A stretch of 64,000 nucleotides of DNA, from assembly GCA_963675525.2 (NCBI GenBank), contig CAXXSL010000016.1:480001-544000 (forward strand), read 5' to 3'. Below, piece by piece: positions 48,402 to 56,933 of this stretch. Position 1 is the stretch's first letter. Every line of letters starts with the position of its first letter. A program made the translations under genes and the position numbers. Source of the DNA: Anaerohalosphaeraceae bacterium (GTDB lineage Bacteria > Planctomycetota > Phycisphaerae > Sedimentisphaerales > Anaerohalosphaeraceae). The notes beneath the pieces were generated by a model that was given only the letters and a program-made list of their open reading frames with translations, was not told where the DNA came from and made no database searches.

Positions 48402-49340
48402 TTAGCGCTTACGACGCAGAACCAGAGCACCCAGACCCAGCAGAACCATTGTTGCCGGTTCCGGAACGACGCTCAAGGTACCTGTGCTTTCCTGGAACTT
48501 GTATATAACGCCGCTGTCGTTTTTCCACCAGGAATCATTATCGCCCAGTGCGGTGAATCCGGCCACGTTGAACGTGCTGGTCCAGTAAGTTGAAGCAGCC
48601 ACAGTGTCGACAATCGCCCAACTATCACCGAGAGTCGTGCCTGCACCGGTCAGATCAAAGATGAAATCGCCACCAAAAATTGAATGCAGCTGAGTTCCGG
48701 CACTACCGTTAGAAATACCGTTGTTGACACCGCTGGCGCCGATCACAAAGTTCAGGTTGGCGTCATCGGCCAACTCGAGACGGCCATTGTTAACGATATT
48801 ACCCGTATAGGTATTAGCTGACGAATCAATCCATATCTTATTACCGGAACCCGCGTCGGATGCCAGAATGTTAAGCTGGGCAGTGCCGTGGATAGCCGAA
48901 TAGAGATGGATCGGTCCCTGCTTGGGATAGAGGCGGGATTCACTGACGACATTGATGTTGCCGTACAGATTGCAGATGTCAGCCGATCCATTTCCGTGGG
49001 AGATCAGGCCGCCGTCTAAGATGAGGTTGTCGACGGTGAGGCTGCCTGTACTGCCGGTTCCCTTGTACATAAAACCGTCACCATAGGGCGTGGTATTGTT
49101 GATGGTAAGGGAATCGCCGGCGAAGGTGTAACTGCCGCCATCCGCAGGTGAGCGGAGTCGTGTACCATCGGGCACAAAGTAATCGTTACCAGCCGAAGGA
49201 GCCGAGGCATCGTCCCAGAGACCCGCACTGTTGAACGATGAACCGCCGAAAGGATCGATGCCGGTCAGGGTCACATCGACTGCCAGTGCCGGTGCGGCCA
49301 ACAAACTAAAAATCATTAACATTAACAATACTCTTTTCAT
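48402..49340 (-). CDS. PEP-CTERM protein
   Basis: Signal peptide ending ALA; C-terminal VPEPATMVLLGLGALVLRRKR. Confidence 0.93.
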   Translation of the reverse strand: MKRVLLMLMIFSLLAAPALAVDVTLTGIDPFGGSSFNSAGLWDDASAPSAGNDYFVPDGTRLRSPADGGSYTFAGDSLTINNTTPYGDGFMYKGTGSTGSLTVDNLILDGGLISHGNGSADICNLYGNINVVSESRLYPKQGPIHLYSAIHGTAQLNILASDAGSGNKIWIDSSANTYTGNIVNNGRLELADDANLNFVIGASGVNNGISNGSAGTQLHSIFGGDFIFDLTGAGTTLGDSWAIVDTVAASTYWTSTFNVAGFTALGDNDSWWKNDSGVIYKFQESTGTLSVVPEPATMVLLGLGALVLRRKR

Positions 49341-49508
49341 CTTTCCATACCTCCAAAAAACATTAACATTGTTAAAATACTTTAACTACACAACAAAACA
49401 CTTACACACACTACAACATCACACACTTCACAAATTTCACACACTTCAAACATATTCATCTGCTCACAGTGAGCAATTACGGCAATGTTAGTTCAAACTT
49501 CTAAATCA

Positions 49509-51221
49509 TCATGGTTTTCCGGCTTCATAAATCGCCTGAATTTCCTGTTCTGATAAATCCCGGCTTAATATCATAAGTTCGTCGACAATACCGTCAAAGT
49601 CGCCCTCTGCGAAAACATACTTCCCTTCCTTCTTGACAGCACCGATGATAATTTCAGCTGGGTTTCCTGCTGAAAGGCCTTTATACTGTGCAGACTCGAA
49701 TAACTTTCCGTTTATATAAAATCGGAGCTCGACTCCATCATGAACAACAGCAAAATGATACCACTTGTTTGCCTCTGGAATAAATGGTTCACTGTAAAAA
49801 CCGCTCTTTGATTCTGTTATAAGATATTGACGATATTCAAAACGATTCTTCTGGTAACCGTAGACATAGTTTTCATCAAACAATGAAAACTGATAGTTAA
49901 TGCATCCGTTTTGCCTGCATGAAATTAAATGACCGCCCCACCGATCGGAATTCGGAAAATTCACCCACGTACAAATAGTTAATGGATTCGTCACGGACAG
50001 GGACGTATCCGTCGAAATAACGATCGCCTGCTGTTTGTTTCGCTCAAACAGGATGGCGTCTTTCTGAGGCCAGCGTCCCTGCACCCATGTGGGCTTATTC
50101 TTGTTTTCGCCGCCAAAAATCCCCTGCATGCTCTGTTGCTCCGGAAATGCAGCGTTCAGCAGCCGATCAGGGCTCGTTTGAGACCTTTCAAAAAAGTAAT
50201 GGGCAACCAATGAAGGGTCGCGGTGCAGGCGATATATGGACTCTCTCCAGCGGTAATAGCTGTCATCCTTTTGAGCGCGGTACCGGATATTAATCTCTTC
50301 GGGCCGAACAAATACTTTTGGATCAATCGCTTTGCTGGAAAGCTTGCTTTCCGTATCGGCAACAGCCCCTTGTCCGGCCTTGAGGGAAAGACTTTCCGTA
50401 AATTTGATCGGATCGGAGGAATCCCGTATCTGGACCTGTCCCTCATAGACATACGTTTCTGTCTGTCCGGCCGAATCGACTTTCACGCCAAACTCCGTGC
50501 CGTAATCCACAACACTGGCATGCGGTGTCCGAACAAGAAAGGCCTGTTCGTCCTTTCCTGTCTTTCTGGCAACAATTTGTCCCTCTTGAAGATATATTTG
50601 CTGCGTTGACTCCAACGTAAATTGACAAGGAGCCTGGACAACGACAACTGCCCCACTATCGAGTACAATCTCTGCATACCCCTTGATCAGACTCATCGGG
50701 CCGGAATAAAGAGCGCATCCCTGTGTGATTTGTCCGGAAGCATCCTGCCATTGGACATCGATGGTTTTGGACAATTTCCCGACCAGAGGCGCCATTTTAA
50801 CAGGAGCTAAATGGATATAAAGCAGTAAAAGAAGTATCGCCGCAACAGACATGATTACCGACACCAACGATACCCTATCGATTTTTCGCGGTGTCTTATC
50901 AACAGAACTCATTTTTATAATTTCAGGTTTTGCTTTCGGAATTTCAATTTCAACCGTTTCGGCGGTTCTTTCTTCCCGGGCTAATTCGAGCCACAAATCA
51001 TGACTCAGGACTGCGTTGTCTTCCTCAGCAATTCGGGCCGCCGGAAATCTGTCGATCGCGCCAAGTGAAGCGTTGACCGCCATGAACCTTAAATAATAGC
51101 GTCTGAAAGATGTATCTTCCCGCAATAAACGGTCAAATTCAGAAAAATGCTCGTCACTCATCTGTCCATCGAGGGCATGAAGAATCATCTCACCGTATTG
51201 GAAGTGTTTATCATGGCTCAT
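49509..51221 (-). CDS. FecR-like anti-sigma/sensor with C-terminal LamG domain
   Basis: RRYYLRFM, TM helix, FLVRTPHASVVDYGTEFGV, VYEGQV, GRWPQK, FDGIVDEL; ATGA overlap with the sigma gene. Confidence 0.9.
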   Translation of the reverse strand: MSHDKHFQYGEMILHALDGQMSDEHFSEFDRLLREDTSFRRYYLRFMAVNASLGAIDRFPAARIAEEDNAVLSHDLWLELAREERTAETVEIEIPKAKPEIIKMSSVDKTPRKIDRVSLVSVIMSVAAILLLLLYIHLAPVKMAPLVGKLSKTIDVQWQDASGQITQGCALYSGPMSLIKGYAEIVLDSGAVVVVQAPCQFTLESTQQIYLQEGQIVARKTGKDEQAFLVRTPHASVVDYGTEFGVKVDSAGQTETYVYEGQVQIRDSSDPIKFTESLSLKAGQGAVADTESKLSSKAIDPKVFVRPEEINIRYRAQKDDSYYRWRESIYRLHRDPSLVAHYFFERSQTSPDRLLNAAFPEQQSMQGIFGGENKNKPTWVQGRWPQKDAILFERNKQQAIVISTDTSLSVTNPLTICTWVNFPNSDRWGGHLISCRQNGCINYQFSLFDENYVYGYQKNRFEYRQYLITESKSGFYSEPFIPEANKWYHFAVVHDGVELRFYINGKLFESAQYKGLSAGNPAEIIIGAVKKEGKYVFAEGDFDGIVDELMILSRDLSEQEIQAIYEAGKP

Positions 51222-51742
51222 GGCAGTTCCTCTTGATGGATCTGCCGGTTTACGCACAACAGCAAAATATTATGAATACGGGACAGTCTTTTGTAAATAC
51301 TCTGAACAGAACGACCGAAACGTGACGCAATAATTTTGACATTTTGGTTCAATTCATAGCGTAATTGAATCAATTTGTAATCTTTCATATCTAATTTCTG
51401 GATGCATTTTTTCACTGCCTCTAAATGTAAATTATACTGGTCCTCTGATGTAAAAGATTCCTTTTCTAAAATGCGAATCGTTTCATTGCTTAATTTACGC
51501 TTATTTCTCTTAACATCCTTGTAATACTCATAGACTTTATATTTCGCGATGGTCAATGCCCATGCGACAAAGTCGGTATGTGGCGTATAATTCTCATATT
51601 TTCTCCATAAAAGACCTACAACCTCCTGCATGACATCTTCCGCATCTGCATAGTTGGGAATAAGCGTGGCAATATATGAAAAGATGCGTTTTTGATTCGG
51701 CACCAATACCTGCAAAAAACTTTCTGTTTCTTTATTCGCCAT
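51218..51742 (-). CDS. ECF sigma factor, Rhodopirellula/Verrucomicrobium (TIGR02989-like) family
   Basis: QKRIFSYIATLIPNYADAEDVMQEV..LWRK..DFVAWA..IAKY; IYKRLSRIHNILLLCV. Confidence 0.9.
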   Translation of the reverse strand: MANKETESFLQVLVPNQKRIFSYIATLIPNYADAEDVMQEVVGLLWRKYENYTPHTDFVAWALTIAKYKVYEYYKDVKRNKRKLSNETIRILEKESFTSEDQYNLHLEAVKKCIQKLDMKDYKLIQLRYELNQNVKIIASRFGRSVQSIYKRLSRIHNILLLCVNRQIHQEELP

Positions 51743-51921
51743 TCGTACAAAAGCCCTTTTTCGAACATAGTTCCTGTTCTTAGATAAATGGGCAACCACC
51801 CCTGCATTTTAAACCAAAATAAATAAAATTCAGGTTAATCAACCAATGAATCGGATTTTTCGCATCGTCTTTTTGCCGGCAATCCAATATAGAAGTGTTT
51901 TCAAGAGCTAAAATCAACAAA

Positions 51922-51959
51922 ATTAAGCCTCTTATATATGATTAAGCCCCTTATATATG
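51922..51959. repeat. 19-bp tandem duplication
   Basis: ATTAAGCCTCTTATATATG followed by ATTAAGCCCCTTATATATG. Confidence 0.85.
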
Positions 51960-52089
51960 GCCTGTCCCTGCACCCTGGAAAAATGGTGTTTCAAAAACGT
52001 ATCACATAGTTCTTTCAGTATGTGAGACGTTTCAAATGGCAGAGGTGTTGGTGTCCCAATCAGGAAAAAATGTATGTAGAATCTTAGTT

Positions 52090-53145
52090 TTACAACAACC
52101 TAATCCCTGCTTCTTTACATCGTTTCACGGTTTCATCGGGCCAGATGCTGGCATGAACTTCTCCTATATGCATTTTTTGTAAATAGAACATACACAGCCT
52201 TGATTGACCAATTCCTCCTCCAACAGTCAATGGGAACTCATCGTTCAACAACCGCTTGTGCCATTCCTGTTCTGCTCGTTCAAGAGAGTTCCGAATTCTC
52301 AACTGTTCAATCAAACTTTCTTTATCGACTCGGATGCCCATAGAACTAAGTTCGAATCCTCTTTGCAGAATAGGATTCCACACAAAAATATCTCCATTAA
52401 GTCCTCTCTTTCCATTTCCATTGAGAGTAATCCAATCATCATAGTCAGGTGCTCGACCATCATGTAATATGCCCTCAGACAGCTCTGCTCCTATGCCAAT
52501 GATGAATACAGCCCCATACTCCCTGGCTATTTTATCTTCTCGTGTTCGAGGAGACAGATCGGGATATTTTTCAGCCAGCTCTTCCGTATGTATAAAAACT
52601 ATCTCTTTGGGAAGCAGAGGAGATAATACTGTAAATCTTTCGCAAACAGCTTTTTCTGTAAATTTGATTGAATTGTATATTTTTCTGACTATCTCTTTTA
52701 AGAAGTCCAGGTGCCTTTCTTCTTTGCTTATAATCCGTTCCCAATCCCATTGATCTACATAGATAGAGTGTATATTGTCCAGCACTTCTTCAGGCCTTAA
52801 GGCATTCATATCAGTATACAAGCCTTCACCATGCTCAAATCCATATTCCGCCAGAGCCATTCGTTTCCACTTGGCTAACGAAAAAAGACATTCGGCTTCG
52901 GCCATTTCGGCATCGGGAATCTGGAACGACACTTTTTTCTCAACACCATTCAAATCATCGTTTATTCCTGCGCCTTTCCGTAAAAAGAAAGGTGATGAAA
53001 TTCTTTGCAGATTAAGCTCATGGGATAACTGCTCCTCAAATGTCTCCTTAATGAACTTAATGGCCGTTTCGGTTTCCCGTAGGGACAACGCAGATTTGTA
53101 ATTTTCATCGATAAATAATTCTGGCATTTTCACTGTCACTGTCAT
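52090..53145 (-). CDS. asnA: Aspartate--ammonia ligase
   Basis: NDDLNGVE, SLAKWKR, GLYTDMNALR, HSIYVDQWDWE, HDGRAPDYDDW, ELSSMGIRV, GGGIGQSR. Confidence 0.97.
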   Translation of the reverse strand: MTVTVKMPELFIDENYKSALSLRETETAIKFIKETFEEQLSHELNLQRISSPFFLRKGAGINDDLNGVEKKVSFQIPDAEMAEAECLFSLAKWKRMALAEYGFEHGEGLYTDMNALRPEEVLDNIHSIYVDQWDWERIISKEERHLDFLKEIVRKIYNSIKFTEKAVCERFTVLSPLLPKEIVFIHTEELAEKYPDLSPRTREDKIAREYGAVFIIGIGAELSEGILHDGRAPDYDDWITLNGNGKRGLNGDIFVWNPILQRGFELSSMGIRVDKESLIEQLRIRNSLERAEQEWHKRLLNDEFPLTVGGGIGQSRLCMFYLQKMHIGEVHASIWPDETVKRCKEAGIRLL

Positions 53146-53226
53146 TGTTTAATGTAGAGTTCAAAATTTATTAAAAATTTCATTATATCAATCATCAATC
53201 TGAAGAGCAATAAGAATAGGTAGTTA

Positions 53227-53463
53227 ATGTCCAAAAAAGGCGTTCAACCTCAACAGAGCCCTCAAGGAGGGAGGATCATGAAAGATAAATATAATAGTAT
53301 TCGTATACGTAATGCAATAAAAGAGTTGTCTGAAGTTGAAGAATATGAAAAAGGAGAAGGCTTTTCAAATCTTATAAGTAAGGCGGTTGAAGATGCTGGT
53401 AAAAATAGGGATGCCGTGCCTGGGTCCTCTGATTGGCCAACAAAATGGGGCGATTTGAATTAG
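53227..53463 (+). CDS. Small hypothetical protein (start possibly ATG 53278)
   Basis: Strong SD AAGGAGGGAGG before ATG 53278; no recognisable motif. Confidence 0.4.
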   Translation: MSKKGVQPQQSPQGGRIMKDKYNSIRIRNAIKELSEVEEYEKGEGFSNLISKAVEDAGKNRDAVPGSSDWPTKWGDLN

Positions 53464-53955
53464 GGCCCGACTTTTTCAAGCTAATTCCTTGACAGATGCC
53501 CGATAATCGCGAATCATTAAACTGTGCCGAAAAGAGCACGAATAGCAGACTGAGCCAAAAAAGCCAAAAATAGGGAAGGTGTAAACATGGGAAAATAAAA
53601 AGTATTAGCTATTGACGGAAAACCTCATAGCAGCACCTCACACTCCCGGTATTTAGTTACAGCATGAACACGATTTTTTATAAGCAAGTCAATAGTCAAT
53701 TCGTTCCGGTTGCCGGCGTTTTATGACTTGGTGGTTACCGGCACCCGATCATTGCAAAAGGGACCCGTTGACAAAAAGAGTACCCCTGATTTACAAATTC
53801 TGGATGTTTTATTCTTTTTCTTACCATTTAACATTGTTTTGGTATAATTCTACTATCACATCCGCAATCACCATCGGAGGAGAACGCGGAGGAGAGAGGA
53901 TTTATCTGAAGACCAAGGACTGGAAACCGAGGTCTGTTACAAGGAGAGAGGAAAG

Positions 53956-54426
53956 ATGAAAAAGACACTTCTATTTACAATGGTTTTTGGTATTGCCTCG
54001 TTGGCAAATGCGGGCTTGACATTTGATGCTCCGGCAACGGTTGTTGAAGGCACTGAATTTCAGATTATCTTCAGCGGTACAGTAGCTGATGCTCCTATGG
54101 GAGCCGTCCTTTGGCAAATTGGAAATCCAGCCACTCTAGTCAGTTGGACAATAGAGTCCGCTGCGGGTAACCTGTCAAATTTTGCCGCTTATCCCAGTTA
54201 TGGTGGATTTGAATTAGTTGCTCAAGGGGAAGGTGTGCAGGACGGTGTCTGGTTCACGGTGAATATGCTTGCTGGTCCGGCAGGAACCCAAATGGATTTG
54301 GAATTGTGGGATAGTATCTCTGCCACTACTATTGAACCTAGCTATATAATCATAGATTTCATTCCGGAACCTATGACCCTGTCCCTGCTTGCCCTTGGCG
54401 GTTTACTGCTAAGAAAACGTAAATAG
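53956..54426 (+). CDS. PEP-CTERM protein with a ~115-aa beta-sandwich (possibly cohesin-like)
   Basis: Signal peptide ending ANA; IPEPMTLSLLALGGLLLRKRK. Confidence 0.92.
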   Translation: MKKTLLFTMVFGIASLANAGLTFDAPATVVEGTEFQIIFSGTVADAPMGAVLWQIGNPATLVSWTIESAAGNLSNFAAYPSYGGFELVAQGEGVQDGVWFTVNMLAGPAGTQMDLELWDSISATTIEPSYIIIDFIPEPMTLSLLALGGLLLRKRK

Positions 54427-54430
54427 CATT

Positions 54431-54478
54431 TACAGGCCGGGAGTTTAACCGCTTCCGGCCTTTTTTATGCGATGGATG
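54431..54478 (+). terminator. Intrinsic terminator, near-identical to 56092-56140
   Basis: TACAGGCCGGGAGTTTAACCGCTTCCGGCCTTTTTTATGCG. Confidence 0.85.
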
Positions 54479-54739
54479 CTCATGAATCCTATCAAATAAT
54501 GCCCAAAGAATAGCGCAACAAAGCCCATAGAAGGTCAGAGTTGCTCTGTACAAAAGGTCGTGCGTACAAAAAACAGGTCATTTTGAGCAAAGCGAAGAAG
54601 CTACGGCATTGAGTTTTCAAAGAATCGCGGTCCATTGTACAAACAACACGCTTGCGTTTTCCCGGATCAGCCGCTACAATCGTGCTCGTGCTGGATACTC
54701 CTAAAATTTACATCAATAACTTTTCATACAGGCGACAAA

Positions 54740-56083
54740 ATGGATAATCTAATCGGGCAATTGACAGACGAAGCAATTAAAAACAATACGATCGCTCCTG
54801 AACTGTTTAAAAAACATGGCATCAAAAGGGCGCTTAGAAACGAAGACGGAACCGGTGTTAAGACCATTCTGACTGAAATCTCTGATGTCAGGGGGTATCG
54901 CGTCGACAAAGGCAAGATCCCGATTGAAGGCCACTTGATCTATCGGGGGATTGAAATTGTAGACCTTGTGGAAGGCTTCTTAAAAGAGGGACGGCACGGT
55001 TTTGATGACACGGCCTATCTCCTGATGTTCGGCAAACTGCCCGATCAGAAAATGGCCGCGAAATTTTCATCCCGACTGGCGCGAAAAAGAGCGCTTCCGG
55101 AAGGATTTGTCCGTGGGTCCGTTCTGACGTTTCCAAGCCCGAACATTATGAACAAGCTGATTGCTTCGGTCAGCGTTCTGTACCGCGAGGACAAAAACAG
55201 AGAAAGCATGGACATTGATAATGTTGTTTCTGAATCCATCGACCTGATCGCAAAACTTCCGACGATTGTCGCCTATTCCTATCACGCGAAAAAATACCAC
55301 ACCGATAAAGGCACATTTACCATCAGGCGACCGGACACGTCGCTGACCACAGCGGAAAACTTCCTTTATATGCTGCGATCGGACGGCCAATATAATGCGC
55401 TTGAAGCGACGATTCTTGACATGATGCTCGTCCTTCACGCCGACCATAGCGGCGGTAATAATTCCACATTTACCACGCATACCGTCACCTCGTCCTGGAC
55501 AGACACCTACTCCTGCCTGGCCGCGTCACTGGCTTCACTGAAGGGGTCACGCCACGGCGGAGCCAATGCAAAAGTCATGTCGATGATGGATGAGATCAAA
55601 GAAACCGTACCCAACTGGTCGAGTGAAAAACAGGTGACCGCCTATTTGAAAAAGATCCTGGCCAAAAAAGCCGGGGACGGTTCCGGCCTGATCTATGGGA
55701 TGGGTCATGCCGTGTACACAAAATCGGATCCCAGAGCGGTTCTTTTAAGGGGCAAGGCCCGTGAACTCGCCGAATCAAAAGGACGAATCGAAGAATTCGA
55801 ACTGTATGAATTAATTGCAGCGATTACGGTTGATCTGATGCAGCAGGCGAAAGGTAAAAACTTTGCCATCTCTCCAAACGTAGATTACTATTCGGGATTT
55901 GTGTACGACTGCATGGGGATACCCAGCGAGGTCTATACGCCTCTTTTCGCCATGGCGAGGATTGCCGGCTGGTCGGCACACCGGATTGAAGAACTTCTCA
56001 GCAGCGGAGGCATTATCAGGCCCGCATCCGTCTATGTGGGACCCCGTAATATTTCGTATGTGCCCCTGAATGAAAGAGATTGA
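54740..56083 (+). CDS. gltA: Citrate synthase
   Basis: LIYRG, LHADH.GGNNSTF, GSRHGGAN, GMGHAVY..DPR, PNVDYYSG, LFAMARIAGW.AH. Confidence 0.95.
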   Translation: MDNLIGQLTDEAIKNNTIAPELFKKHGIKRALRNEDGTGVKTILTEISDVRGYRVDKGKIPIEGHLIYRGIEIVDLVEGFLKEGRHGFDDTAYLLMFGKLPDQKMAAKFSSRLARKRALPEGFVRGSVLTFPSPNIMNKLIASVSVLYREDKNRESMDIDNVVSESIDLIAKLPTIVAYSYHAKKYHTDKGTFTIRRPDTSLTTAENFLYMLRSDGQYNALEATILDMMLVLHADHSGGNNSTFTTHTVTSSWTDTYSCLAASLASLKGSRHGGANAKVMSMMDEIKETVPNWSSEKQVTAYLKKILAKKAGDGSGLIYGMGHAVYTKSDPRAVLLRGKARELAESKGRIEEFELYELIAAITVDLMQQAKGKNFAISPNVDYYSGFVYDCMGIPSEVYTPLFAMARIAGWSAHRIEELLSSGGIIRPASVYVGPRNISYVPLNERD

Positions 56084-56091
56084 CCAATAAA

Positions 56092-56140
56092 TACAGGCCG
56101 GGAGTTCAATCGCTTCCGGCCTTTTTTTATGCGCGGGATG
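56092..56140 (+). terminator. Intrinsic terminator of gltA (duplicate of 54431-54478)
   Basis: TACAGGCCGGGAGTTCAATCGCTTCCGGCCTTTTTTTATGCG. Confidence 0.85.
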
Positions 56141-56159
56141 GGTATTTTCGGAAAGAAAG

Positions 56160-56410
56160 CACAAAAAGAAAATCATTGCTAACAGCGCAGCGGCTTCGGC
56201 TTCTGCACTTCTAAGAAATCCTAAGATTCAGGAGAAAATTTATGAACTCCATAAAGAGATTCTGACCCGAAACGGAGTAACGATCAAATCGGTATTGGCT
56301 AATATCAACCATGACAGGGTGAAAGCAAGAGAAGCCGGATTGTGGTCAGTTGCAACTCAGCCTGATAAACTTGAAGGCCAATACTTGGCCATGTCCACCG
56401 ACAACCTTTT
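56160..56410 (+). pseudogene. Phage terminase small subunit-like fragment
   Basis: Startless frame ANSAAASASALLRNPKIQEKIYELHKE..NGVTIKSVLANI..DRVKAREAG.W.VA....KLEGQYLAM resembles the Terminase_2 pattern. Confidence 0.55.
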
Positions 56411-56475
56411 TGCGTTGACATTTCACTGTCATTCTGGCGACATAAAGTGTCGCAAATAATAGTGAGGTGATTTAT

Positions 56476-56748
56476 ATGATTGAAGTAAATGATACGTTTC
56501 CTGAACTCATGACAGAGAATGAGCTAATTCAATTCCTTCGGATTCCTGAAGCGTCGAATTCCAGAGACTATCATAATGTAGTCAGGAATTTAATTCGTTT
56601 CAAAGACTTGCCACCGACTCGCATACGCAGAAAGATATTGTTTCCACGGAAAGCCATTCTCGAATGGATAGGCTTTGGTCAGGCTGGATTGTCCAGCTTG
56701 CTTACATCAGCTTTGCTTGGCACATTTAATACTGTTTGCATTCCTTGA
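56476..56748 (+). CDS. Excisionase-like HTH DNA-binding protein (mobile-element remnant, C-terminus probably degenerate)
   Basis: PELMTENELIQFLRI...LP..RIRRKILFPRKAILEWI, an HTH_17-like pattern. Confidence 0.6.
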   Translation: MIEVNDTFPELMTENELIQFLRIPEASNSRDYHNVVRNLIRFKDLPPTRIRRKILFPRKAILEWIGFGQAGLSSLLTSALLGTFNTVCIP

Positions 56749-56933
56749 ATATTCTTTAAGCCCTTTAAAATACAATTCTTAGAGTTTTTCATTTTTGCAT
56801 TTTCGAGAGCTGTTATGTGTTTTGGTTCTAAAACAGTTGTAACTTCTAATCAGTCTAAACAACAGGTTTTATTTTATCCGGTATGCTGAACCGTAACGGC
56901 ATCAATCTGATAGGCCGGGTAATCAAAAAGCAA

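Noticed and set aside
53488..53760. Riboswitch or sRNA upstream of PEP-CTERM 53956
   Set aside because: Only small hairpins; I could not match any known aptamer consensus.
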